A DNA stretch of 64,000 nt from an uncultured Polaribacter sp. Lineage in GTDB: Bacteria > Bacteroidota > Bacteroidia > Flavobacteriales > Flavobacteriaceae. Shown here in pieces: positions 1 to 8,851 of the stretch. The stretch is taken from NCBI GenBank assembly GCA_963422315.1, contig OY729423.1:568131-632130 (forward strand). Reading direction: 5' to 3'. The position numbers and the translations under genes were made by a program. The number at the start of each line of letters is the position of its first letter. The first letter of the stretch is position 1. The notes beneath the pieces were generated by a model, which was given only the letters and a program-made list of their open reading frames with translations, was not told where the DNA came from and did not search any database.

Positions 1-100
1 TAACTATTAATACATATCTGCTTAAAATAACCTATAAAAAAGAAGAGAACTTTATTTTTAAATAGCTCTCTCTATTATATTCAAAGATTTTATTTGTATT

Positions 101-463
101 CTAAAATGGTAAATCATCGTCTTTTTCTTCGGTTGGATCTGCATTGACGTTTGCAGGAGGTACATCAGAGTCATTTACCTGTTCTTTAGTTAGACTTGCT
201 ATTCTCCAACCTTGAATTGTATTAAAATACTTAGCTTCACCTTCTGGATTAATCCATTCTCTTCCTTTTAAATTTATAGATATTCTAACGTCTTGTCCAA
301 CTTTATAGTTATTTAATAAATCTACATTATCTTGAATAAATTCAACGTTAATCATTTGTGGATACTGCTCGTCAGTAGTGATTACCGCTTCTCTTTTTCT
401 AAACCCATTTTCTCCAAAGGTTTGAACTTCTCCTATCATTTTAATTTTTCCTATTACTTCCAT
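101..463 (-). CDS. Small DUF3127-like protein with an SSB-type acidic C-terminal tip
   Basis: 120-aa ORF. The body resembles the DUF3127 family of Bacteroidota as I recall it. The C-terminus is ...PTEEKDDDLPF, the acidic D-D-D-(I/L)-P-F tip typical of SSB tails. Confidence 0.6.
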   Translation of the reverse strand: MEVIGKIKMIGEVQTFGENGFRKREAVITTDEQYPQMINVEFIQDNVDLLNNYKVGQDVRISINLKGREWINPEGEAKYFNTIQGWRIASLTKEQVNDSDVPPANVNADPTEEKDDDLPF

Positions 464-710
464 ATTCTTAAGTTTTTATAGTAATTAAATTTAATAAACA
501 ACAATTATTTCCTGCAAATGTATTTATTAAAACTAAAATTTTTGTAAAAGTTATTAACAAATTTTATTCAACTATGGATAAGCTCAATTAGTAAATGTAA
601 CTTTTATAGGGAAAAGCTAAATAAATCACTAAAAACTAATGTTTCTTTTGTTTCAGGTTTCTTTTGTTTTTTATAGTCTCATTAGTTTAAAAATTTTATA
701 AAGCTAAAAA

Positions 711-854
711 CTAATCACTATCGAACTAATCACTAACCACTAAAAAAACTAATCACTATCGAACTAATCACTAATCACTAAAAAAAACTAATCACTATCG
801 AACTAATCACTAAAAAAACTAATCACTATCGAACTAATCACTAATCACTAAAAA
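711..854. repeat. Minisatellite of 4 tandem units (38, 39, 31 and 36 bp) based on CTAATCACTATCGAACTAATCACTAA(TCACTA)A-run
   Basis: Read directly, with units starting at 711, 749, 788 and 819. The last unit contains the stop codon (848-850) of the LRR gene. Confidence 0.9.
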
Positions 855-3634
855 CTAACCTTCCTCGTCAATTTGCCAGTTTCTGTTTCTATTGAAACTA
901 TATAAATTCCGCTAGATAAATTTGGTAGGGAAATATCTTTTACGCCAGTAGTAGAAAATGAGCTGTTAATTATTTCCTGACCTAAAATATTATAAATTCT
1001 AACAGTAGCATCTCCAATCGGCAAGCCAACAACTCTCAACCTAGAATTATCAGTTTTATAAACGCTAATACTTTCTGATAATGTTCTATTATCAAGTATG
1101 TTTAAAGCAGCTTGGGTTGTGTGAAGATAAAATCTTCCGATGTCATCCGAAGCACTTGTTAGCACTTTATAATTATTCCCATTGTCTAATTTTGTAAAAG
1201 TTCCTTTAGTTCTATCTTCTAAAATCACCTCAATAGAAGAAGGAATATTTAATTTCTCAATGCTAAAAGTAATTTCTTTACCAGCACCTGCTTTTACTCC
1301 TACTGGAATAATCATACTTCCAATTTCTGCTTTTGGCAAAGATTGGACTTGGTATTTCTTGCCTTTGTCATCTTTTAATAAATGAGTATAAACATCAAAT
1401 TTAGTATTTGCACCATTTCCAGTAAACACTTCTCCGTCTCCGCCATTGTCAAAGCCTTTTGTAGCAGCGTCGTAATAAAGAACTCTTGCTTGTCTTTTAG
1501 AAGCACCGTCTGTAATTGAAAGTTTTATTTGAGATAAATCTGTCTTTTGGAAAGTTCCGCCAGTGGACTTTATAGCAGAATAATCAAAAGTTAAATTACC
1601 AGTAGCAGCTGTTTTTGCTTTTACAAAAAAGCCTTGTGTGGGTGCTAATTTAAAGTTCATGGTAGACACTTTAGTTTCATAAGCACCCATATTTTGATCC
1701 CAAACCCAAATAGTTTCATCTTCAAGTTTTGCAGTATTGTTAGCATTTGTTAGGAAAGGACCGCTACTTATATGAGTAGCATAAGGATTTCCTATTAAAT
1801 TAAACCCATTGCCTGTGTTATCTATGGCTATAGAAACATCACCAGTATTAAAAGAAGTTCCAGTAAAAGAAATATCTCCTGCACTTTCTCTTTTTACAGA
1901 ATAGCCTTTTCCTTTGGCAAAAGTACCACTACCGCCTCCTTGCATATAACTCCAAGTGTCGTTAGTTGTATTATAAGTTGAAATTCCTCTATTACTATTA
2001 CTAGAGGCAATACTATTTGCAGTAACATAATCATCGTCATAAGTTTCACCAGTAACTGGGCTTGAAACAAGATACCAGTTTGTAGTAGTTAGATTTCTAA
2101 TGTAGGTAGCATTATTATTAACATTAAGATTGCCGTCTATTGTTAAAGAAGCACCAGAATTAATTATTATATCTCTTGCTTCTGCATTTGTGCCAACACC
2201 AATTATAGGATCATTAGAAGTTACCGGAATTGTTACATGATCTTGTGCGGTTGGAACAGCGTTTTCGCTCCAGTTACCGACCGTTGCCCAGTCAGTGTCT
2301 GTGCCTGTCCATACAACGTAATTACAATCTGTACTATAACTTGCTCCTGAAGGTTTTGTCCAACCAGAAGGCACAGATGCAACAGTAGTAGCGTCTGCTT
2401 GAATACATGTTAAATTAGTATTAAACCTAGCATTGAATGTTGTCATATTAGCATTATTGCCATTTTTTACATCTAATCTTGTTAATTGGTTAGAATAACA
2501 TAATAAAGTAGTCAAAGCAGTATTATTACTTACATCTAATCCTGGTAATTGGTTAGAAGAGCAATTTAAATCAGTCAAAACAGTATTATTAGTTACATCT
2601 AAACTTGCTAATCGGTTAGTATAACAATATAATCTAGTCAAAGCAGTATTATTACTTACATCTAAACTTGCTAATCGGTTAGTATAACAATATAATCTAG
2701 TCAAAGCAGTATTTTTACTTACATCTAAACTTGGTAATTTGTTATTATCACAATATAATCTAGTCAAAGCAGTATTATTACTTACATCTAATCCTGGTAA
2801 TTGGTTAGAAGAGCAATTTAAATCAGTCAAAACAGTATTATTAGTTACATCTAAACTTGCTAATCGGTTAGTATAACAATATAATCTAGTCAAAGCAGTA
2901 TTATTACTTACATCTAAACTTGTTAATTGGTTAGTATGACAATTTAAAGAAGTCAAAACAGTATTATTAGTTACATCTAAACTTGCTAATCGGTTAGTAT
3001 AACAATATAATCTAGTCAAAGCAGTATTTTTACTTACATCTAAACTTGTTAATTGGTTATTTTCACAATCTAAACTAGTCAAAGCAGTATTTTTACTTAC
3101 ATCTAAACTTGTTAATTGGTTATCATCACAAGATAATCTAGTCAAAGCAGTATTTTTACTTACATCTAAACTTGGTAATTTGTTATTACCACAATGTAAT
3201 TCCTTCAAAGCAGTATTACTACTTACATCTAAACTTGGTAATTGGTTATAAAAACAAAATAAATCAGTCAAAGCAGTATTTTTACTTACATCTAAACTTG
3301 TTAATTGGTTATCATCACAAGATAATCTAGTCAAAGCAGTATTTTTACTTACATCTAAACTTGTTAAGTTGTTAGTATAACAATCTAAATTAGTCAAAGC
3401 AGTAAAATGTTCAATTCCTTTTAGGTCAGAAATACTGCTATCAGAAACATCCAAACTAGCAACAGCCTGTATTTCACTATCACTCAATACATCATCATCG
3501 GTTGTGTCAATTGCATTTCCTGTGACAATTGCCCTAAAATTAACGTCAGGGAAGTTAACATCATTAATAGCAACTTGTCCCATCAAGCAAGTAGCATAAA
3601 TCATAAAAACCGAAGTAATAAAAATATTTCTCAT
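848..3634 (-). CDS. Secreted leucine-rich-repeat (LRR) surface protein with a middle domain and a T9SS C-terminal sorting domain
   Basis: 928-aa ORF with an N-terminal signal-like segment. About 17 near-identical 23-aa LRR units (LTSLDVSKNTALTxLxCxxNQ). The C-terminus ...LSSGIYIVSIETETGKLTRKVSF is typical of the Por/T9SS tail. Confidence 0.85.
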   Translation of the reverse strand: MRNIFITSVFMIYATCLMGQVAINDVNFPDVNFRAIVTGNAIDTTDDDVLSDSEIQAVASLDVSDSSISDLKGIEHFTALTNLDCYTNNLTSLDVSKNTALTRLSCDDNQLTSLDVSKNTALTDLFCFYNQLPSLDVSSNTALKELHCGNNKLPSLDVSKNTALTRLSCDDNQLTSLDVSKNTALTSLDCENNQLTSLDVSKNTALTRLYCYTNRLASLDVTNNTVLTSLNCHTNQLTSLDVSNNTALTRLYCYTNRLASLDVTNNTVLTDLNCSSNQLPGLDVSNNTALTRLYCDNNKLPSLDVSKNTALTRLYCYTNRLASLDVSNNTALTRLYCYTNRLASLDVTNNTVLTDLNCSSNQLPGLDVSNNTALTTLLCYSNQLTRLDVKNGNNANMTTFNARFNTNLTCIQADATTVASVPSGWTKPSGASYSTDCNYVVWTGTDTDWATVGNWSENAVPTAQDHVTIPVTSNDPIIGVGTNAEARDIIINSGASLTIDGNLNVNNNATYIRNLTTTNWYLVSSPVTGETYDDDYVTANSIASSNSNRGISTYNTTNDTWSYMQGGGSGTFAKGKGYSVKRESAGDISFTGTSFNTGDVSIAIDNTGNGFNLIGNPYATHISSGPFLTNANNTAKLEDETIWVWDQNMGAYETKVSTMNFKLAPTQGFFVKAKTAATGNLTFDYSAIKSTGGTFQKTDLSQIKLSITDGASKRQARVLYYDAATKGFDNGGDGEVFTGNGANTKFDVYTHLLKDDKGKKYQVQSLPKAEIGSMIIPVGVKAGAGKEITFSIEKLNIPSSIEVILEDRTKGTFTKLDNGNNYKVLTSASDDIGRFYLHTTQAALNILDNRTLSESISVYKTDNSRLRVVGLPIGDATVRIYNILGQEIINSSFSTTGVKDISLPNLSSGIYIVSIETETGKLTRKVSF

Positions 3635-3762
3635 AGTATAAAAATCTAAGTGTTTAATATAGTATTGTTAATTGTTTTAAATAATTTTGCAAATATACAT
3701 TAAATTAAATTTTAAAAAAAAATTAATAGCCTCGTCAAAAAAACTTTCTTGGTCTTTGTAAC
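3139..3762. repeat. Copy A of a 624-bp near-identical duplicated block (LRR gene 5' part plus upstream region)
   Basis: Matches 4762-5385 at a constant offset of 1623 bp. It covers about 165 identical N-terminal codons and about 128 bp upstream. Confidence 0.85.
3690..3697 (-). promoter_or_regulatory. Candidate Bacteroidota -7 box (TATATTTG on the minus strand) for the LRR gene
   Basis: Matches the TAnnTTTG consensus about 56 bp upstream of the ATG at 3634. Confidence 0.4.
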
Positions 3763-3814
3763 TGGCAGTTGCTACTTCTAAAATTGTAATTATACTTTAA
3801 AAAACTTTGTAAAG

Positions 3815-5257
3815 CTAAAAACTAACCTTCCTCGTCAATTTACCAGTTTCTGTTTCTATCGAAATTATATAAATTCCGCTAGATAAATTTGGTAGGGAAA
3901 TATCTTTTACGCCAGTAGTAGAAAATGAGCTGTTAATTATTTCTTTGCCTAAAATATTATAAATTCTAACAGTAGCATTTCCAGTCGGCAAACCAACAAC
4001 TCTCAACCTAGAATTATCAACTTTATAAATGCTAATACTTTCTGATAATGTTTTATTATCGGCGATGTTTAATGGTTTACATTCTGTATTATAACTTGCT
4101 CCTGCATCTTTTATCCAACTAGAAGGTATAGCAGACGCATCATCTACTTGAATACATGTTAAATTAGTATTAAACCTAGCATCAAATATTGTCATATTAG
4201 CATTATTACCATTTTTTACATTTAAACTTGTTAATTGGTTAGTATGACAATTTAAAGAAGTCAAAACAGTATTATTACTTACATCTAAACTTGCTAATCG
4301 GTTAGTATAACAATATAATCTAGTCAAAGCAGTATTTTTACTTACATCTAAACTTGGTAATTTGTTATTATCACAATATAATCTAGTCAAAGCAGTATTA
4401 TTACTTACATCTAATCCTGGTAATTGGTTAGAAGAGCAATTTAAATCAGTCAAAACAGTATTATTAGTTACATCTAAACTTGCTAATCGGTTAGTATAAC
4501 AATATAATCTAGTCAAAGCAGTATTATTACTTACATCTAAACTTGTTAATTGGTTAGTATGACAATTTAAAGAAGTCAAAACAGTATTATTAGTTACATC
4601 TAAACTTGCTAATCGGTTAGTATAACAATATAATCTAGTCAAAGCAGTATTTTTACTTACATCTAAACTTGTTAATTGGTTATTTTCACAATCTAAACTA
4701 GTCAAAGCAGTATTTTTACTTACATCTAAACTTGTTAATTTGTTAGAATAACACCATAGTGTAGTCAAAGCAGTATTTTTACTTACATCTAAACTTGGTA
4801 ATTTGTTATTACCACAATGTAATTCCTTCAAAGCAGTATTACTACTTACATCTAAACTTGGTAATTGGTTATAAAAACAAAATAAATCAGTCAAAGCAGT
4901 ATTTTTACTTACATCTAAACTTGTTAATTGGTTATCATCACAAGATAATCTAGTCAAAGCAGTATTTTTACTTACATCTAAACTTGTTAAGTTGTTAGTA
5001 TAACAATCTAAATTAGTCAAAGCAGTAAAATGTTCAATTCCTTTTAGGTCAGAAATACTGCTATCAGAAACATCCAAACTAGCAACAGCCTGTATTTCAC
5101 TATCACTCAATACATCATCATCGGTTGTGTCAATTGCATTTCCTGTGACAATTGCCCTAAAATTAACGTCAGGGAAGTTAACATCATTAATAGCAACTTG
5201 TCCCATCAAGCAAGTAGCATAAATCATAAAAACCGAAGTAATAAAAATATTTCTCAT
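3815..5257 (-). CDS. LRR surface protein with a T9SS C-terminal sorting domain (short paralog)
   Basis: 480-aa ORF. The first ~165 aa are identical to the 928-aa paralog. It has LRR units and the same CTD (...IYIISIETETGKLTRKVSF) but lacks the middle domain. Confidence 0.85.
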   Translation of the reverse strand: MRNIFITSVFMIYATCLMGQVAINDVNFPDVNFRAIVTGNAIDTTDDDVLSDSEIQAVASLDVSDSSISDLKGIEHFTALTNLDCYTNNLTSLDVSKNTALTRLSCDDNQLTSLDVSKNTALTDLFCFYNQLPSLDVSSNTALKELHCGNNKLPSLDVSKNTALTTLWCYSNKLTSLDVSKNTALTSLDCENNQLTSLDVSKNTALTRLYCYTNRLASLDVTNNTVLTSLNCHTNQLTSLDVSNNTALTRLYCYTNRLASLDVTNNTVLTDLNCSSNQLPGLDVSNNTALTRLYCDNNKLPSLDVSKNTALTRLYCYTNRLASLDVSNNTVLTSLNCHTNQLTSLNVKNGNNANMTIFDARFNTNLTCIQVDDASAIPSSWIKDAGASYNTECKPLNIADNKTLSESISIYKVDNSRLRVVGLPTGNATVRIYNILGKEIINSSFSTTGVKDISLPNLSSGIYIISIETETGKLTRKVSF

Positions 5258-5385
5258 AGTATAAAAATCTAAGTGTTTAATATAGTATTGTTAATTGTTT
5301 TAAATAATTTTGCAAATATACATTAAATTAAATTTTAAAAAAAAATTAATAGCCTCGTCAAAAAAACTTTCTTGGTCTTTGTAAT
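4762..5385. repeat. Copy B of the 624-bp duplicated block
   Basis: See copy A (3139-3762). Confidence 0.85.
5313..5320 (-). promoter_or_regulatory. Candidate -7 box (TATATTTG, minus strand) for the second LRR gene
   Basis: Duplicate of the 3690-3697 box inside the duplicated block. Confidence 0.4.
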
Positions 5386-5506
5386 TAGTAGCTACTACTT
5401 CTAAAAATCATAATTATACTTTTTAAAAAAAACTTGTATTTTCTATATAAACCAAGTGTTTTTTGATATAAAACAATTTTAAAATTAATACTCCCTTGTC
5501 CGATTC

Positions 5507-6182
5507 AAGACCGTTGCAAAAAAGAAATCATCTAACAGCTTAAATTTATTTGGCAGATTTAACCAAACTAAAAACGATAGTAATATGAAGGTGAAAGCTG
5601 TTACACGTATTCTAAAAGCTAAATTTTCTTTGCCAGTTGTAGTTCTTTTTTTTAAAGTAGTTTAAAATAAGCTCACAAACACCTTATAAACAAAGAGATT
5701 TAGACGTTTTTGTGTTTTTAATTATTACTAATAATTAAGCAAAAATTACTAATAATTAAGCAAAAATTACTATTGACTTAACAAATATTACTATTGACTT
5801 AACAAATATTACTATTGACTTAACAAATATTACTACTGACTTAACAAATATTACTACTGACTTAACAAAAACTACTATTGACTTAACAAAAACTACTATT
5901 GACTTAACAAAATTACTACTGACTCAGCAAAAATTACTAATGACTTAACAAATATTACTACTGACTTAACAAATATTACTACTGACTTAGCAAAAATTAC
6001 TAATGACTTAACAAATATTACTAATAACTAAGTAAAAATTACTAATAATCTTAAACACAAATCCCTTTGAGCTTAAACGCAAAAGATTTTACTTTAAAAG
6101 CTATTTATAATCGAAAATTAATTGTTGCAAAACATCTAACAATGAATTTTGTTTTTTTAAAGTTTTGCTTTGCAACGGTCTT
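5507..6182. mobile_element. MITE-like non-coding element (676 bp) with 14-bp perfect terminal inverted repeats AAGACCGTTGCAAA / TTTGCAACGGTCTT
   Basis: The TIRs read directly at 5507-5520 and 6169-6182. The outer 12 nt equal the termini of the IS5-family copy at 46784-48055. No ORF of 60 aa or more lies inside, and the interior carries a 21-bp tandem array. Confidence 0.6.
5720..6054. repeat. Tandem array of about 16 units of 21 bp (consensus AAATATTACTAYTGACTTAAC)
   Basis: Units counted by hand from 5720. One unit is 20 bp (5909-5928). Variants occur in blocks. Confidence 0.9.
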
Positions 6183-6509
6183 AATAAGTGCTTTTGCCTC
6201 ACTAATAATTTTGGGTTAACTTATTAAAGATATTGTAAGTTTAATCCTCTTAATTTATGAATTTTAGACAAGGTTTTGATAGGCATCAATTAATGGTACT
6301 TGATTTCAATTCAATGGTTAGTGTGTTTATCTTTTTTGAATTTAAAAGGCTTTTTTTAAAGCTTTTCTACCCTCATTTTTTTCAAAACATTTATGATTTT
6401 CCTATTTCAAAACAGAAATTTTTACTAGCTTAAAGTTTGTATAAATCGTTTTTAAGACTTATTTTTGAACTAAAAAAGGAGAGCTTTTGCTCAAACTCTT
6501 ATTAGCCAT
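6183..6509. repeat. Direct repeat copy 1 (about 325 bp) flanking the PagL-like gene
   Basis: Aligns with 7965-8289 with few mismatches by eye. It contains a short ORF start MNFRQGFDRHQLMVLDF... (from 6257) that resembles a transposase N-terminus. Confidence 0.85.
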
Positions 6510-6569
6510 AATTTAGATAAATGAAAAGACTGCTAATAGATAAGTACCAATAACAATTATTCAATGTAA

Positions 6570-7670
6570 ATGAGATTTAGCCGGATAGTTATTTGTTTGT
6601 TTATGGGAGTTTTCATTTACTCTCCTAAAAATGTACTGGCTCAAGATTCAAGAGACTCACTCAATTTTGTAAGGTCGGTTGGGCTCAAATTACATTTTGG
6701 ATCCGTACTCATACACAGCAGGGAGCTCAGACCTATTAGAAACTCCTACCCCACTGGAGTAGAATTGGATTTTGCTTGGCACAAAATATCTCAAAAAGCT
6801 TGGGAGTCTTGCATGTGTTATCCAAAACTTGGTGTTTCTCTTGCTTTCTGGAATTTTGACAACAAGAAAGTACTCGGTCATGGGGTAGCAGGACTTTTTT
6901 ACATTGAACCTGTCTTTAATACTAAAGGTCGCGTAAATTATTCTGTTCGGGCGGGGTTTGGTTTATCATATCAGAGTTCTCCATACGATCCTGTTTCAAA
7001 TCCAGATAACCAGAGTTACAGCACCTATATTGCTTTCCCCCTGCAACTGGGCGGTACGGTACACTTTAGAATAAAAGACCGTTGGTTGCTGAATGGGTCT
7101 CTGATATATAATCATATTTCAAATGGGGGTGTCAGCGAACCTAATAAGGGTATTAACTGGCCCTCTCTTGGTATTGGTATGACCTATTATCTAAAAGAAT
7201 TTGAATTTATGAATAGAGCCGTCAACAACTGGAGAGATCTATACCCACCCCAAAAAAGGTTGGATTTCACTTTTTTTATGGCTTATGATGAATCGATAGA
7301 CAAAGTACACCTGCTATCCCCTGGGCTAGAAATCAAATGGAGCAAACAGTTTGCCAGGCTAAATGCTTACACCTTCGGTGGGGAACTTATATATGATAAT
7401 AGTACAAGACACACACTTGCACAACTTGGAGATGAAAGTAGTCCAGTGAAAGCTGGAATAGCTATGGGGCATGAGTTTTTATTGGGGAATTTTATTTTCA
7501 GTCAGCAATTTGGGGTCTATCTTCGTAATCCTAATCCCATGCACTCAGGGGTATATCAAAGATATGGACTGATATACAGGATTAACAAGAATTTTAACAT
7601 GGGTTTCAGCCTGAAAGCACATGGTCATGTTGCGAATTTCATGGATTTTAGAGTGGGAATTTCCCTTTAA
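6570..7670 (+). CDS. Outer-membrane acyloxyacyl hydrolase / lipid A deacylase (PagL-like) family protein with a C-terminal extension
   Basis: 366-aa ORF with a signal peptide. It has a beta-barrel-like alternating pattern and an NHISNGG...PNKGIN motif (the H-x-S-N of the PagL family, from memory). It is visibly more GC-rich than its surroundings. Confidence 0.55.
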   Translation: MRFSRIVICLFMGVFIYSPKNVLAQDSRDSLNFVRSVGLKLHFGSVLIHSRELRPIRNSYPTGVELDFAWHKISQKAWESCMCYPKLGVSLAFWNFDNKKVLGHGVAGLFYIEPVFNTKGRVNYSVRAGFGLSYQSSPYDPVSNPDNQSYSTYIAFPLQLGGTVHFRIKDRWLLNGSLIYNHISNGGVSEPNKGINWPSLGIGMTYYLKEFEFMNRAVNNWRDLYPPQKRLDFTFFMAYDESIDKVHLLSPGLEIKWSKQFARLNAYTFGGELIYDNSTRHTLAQLGDESSPVKAGIAMGHEFLLGNFIFSQQFGVYLRNPNPMHSGVYQRYGLIYRINKNFNMGFSLKAHGHVANFMDFRVGISL

Positions 7671-7964
7671 CTATTTAGGAATGAAGGTAATTGTCAAGGA
7701 TGTTATGGCATGTTATCCTTAAATAATCTATACATGACCGTTTTTCAATAGCAATTAAAAAGAAAAATGGTAACTTTAAAAAACAAACTACCACTAAACA
7801 AAGGTGGCTGTTATGCAACCCCAAAACTTTAAAAATAACAATCAATTTTAAGACTTTTTAAGAGAGTTTATTTTTTTGTGTTTTTGGGTTTTTGGTGTAA
7901 AAATTTAGTTGCTTATAATGGCTAATTTTTGGTTTTGAAAAGACATTATTTCCAAAATATAAAA

Positions 7965-8289
7965 AATAAGTGCTTTTGCCTCACTAATAATTTTGGGTTA
8001 ACTTATTAAAGATATTGTAAGTTTAATCCTCTTAATTTATGAATTTTAGATAAGGTTTTGATAGGCATCAACTAAATGGATGCTTGATTTCAATTCAATG
8101 GTTAGTGTGTTTATCATTTTTGAGTATAAAAAGCTTTTTTAAAGCTTTTATACCCTCATTTTTTCAAAATATTTATGATTTTCCTATTTCAAAACAGAAA
8201 TTTTTATTCGCCTAAAGTTTGTATAAATCGGTTTTAAGACTTATTTTTGAACTAAAAAAGGAGAGCTTTTGCTCAAACTCTCATTAACA
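7965..8289. repeat. Direct repeat copy 2 (about 325 bp)
   Basis: See copy 1. The transposase-like start is disrupted here (MNFR then a stop). Confidence 0.85.
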
Positions 8290-8314
8290 AATATAGAAAG
8301 AACTTAAGTAATTG

Positions 8315-8467
8315 ATGGATTCACTGATTAAGGAAATAAAGAACTGTACTATTTGCTTACCCCATTTAGAACATGGTGTAAATGCTGTTATGGTAGCTAG
8401 TCGAAAAAGCAAAATTGCTATTATCGGACAAGCTCCTGGAAGTGTTTTTAACAAGAAAAGCGCTTGA
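8315..8467 (+). pseudogene. 5' fragment of a uracil-DNA glycosylase superfamily gene
   Basis: 50 codons, MDSLIKEIKNCTICLPHLEHGVNAVMVASRKSKIAIIGQAPGS..., then an early stop. The CxxC...IIGQAPG pattern is typical of the UDG family 4/5 N-terminus. Confidence 0.45.
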
Positions 8468-8489
8468 TCAATTTGTTTATGACGCTACT

Positions 8490-8659
8490 AAAAAATGAAT
8501 GAAGTTGCTTACATTTTCTTCTTTTACCTTTTTTAAATTATACCTGTGAAAAACGTTTAAAAGATTTTTAATACCATTTTTATAAGCAAGTATGATTTTG
8601 GAGGTATAATTTTGTTTTTCTAAAGTTTTAATAAATATTTAGTAATTCATTCATTTTTT
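8490..8659. repeat. Pair of 14-bp perfect inverted repeats (AAAAAATGAATGAA / TTCATTCATTTTTT) enclosing 142 bp
   Basis: Read directly at 8490-8503 and 8646-8659. The enclosed segment holds a TAATTTTG box at 8607-8614. Confidence 0.7.
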
Positions 8660-8851
8660 TACTTACTTTGTAATGCAAAAACAATTAATTTTTTTACTTT
8701 AATAAAATATATAGTAAAATTAAATATTTATGCTTAAGAACAATAAACAAGTGCTTATATACCGAATTGATGAGGCTTGTGTACACTGAATTCCGTATAT
8801 TTGGATATTATCTGCAACCTAAAAACAGTAACATAAATAAAAACGAAAACA

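Noticed and set aside
1182-1385. 67-aa plus-strand ORF
   Set aside because: It is antisense to the LRR/T9SS gene.
5720-6054. Possible CRISPR array (also considered for 26556-26702 and 39299-39571)
   Set aside because: The units are directly abutting 21-bp tandem repeats with no unique spacers between them. There are no cas genes in the window and the repeats are too short.
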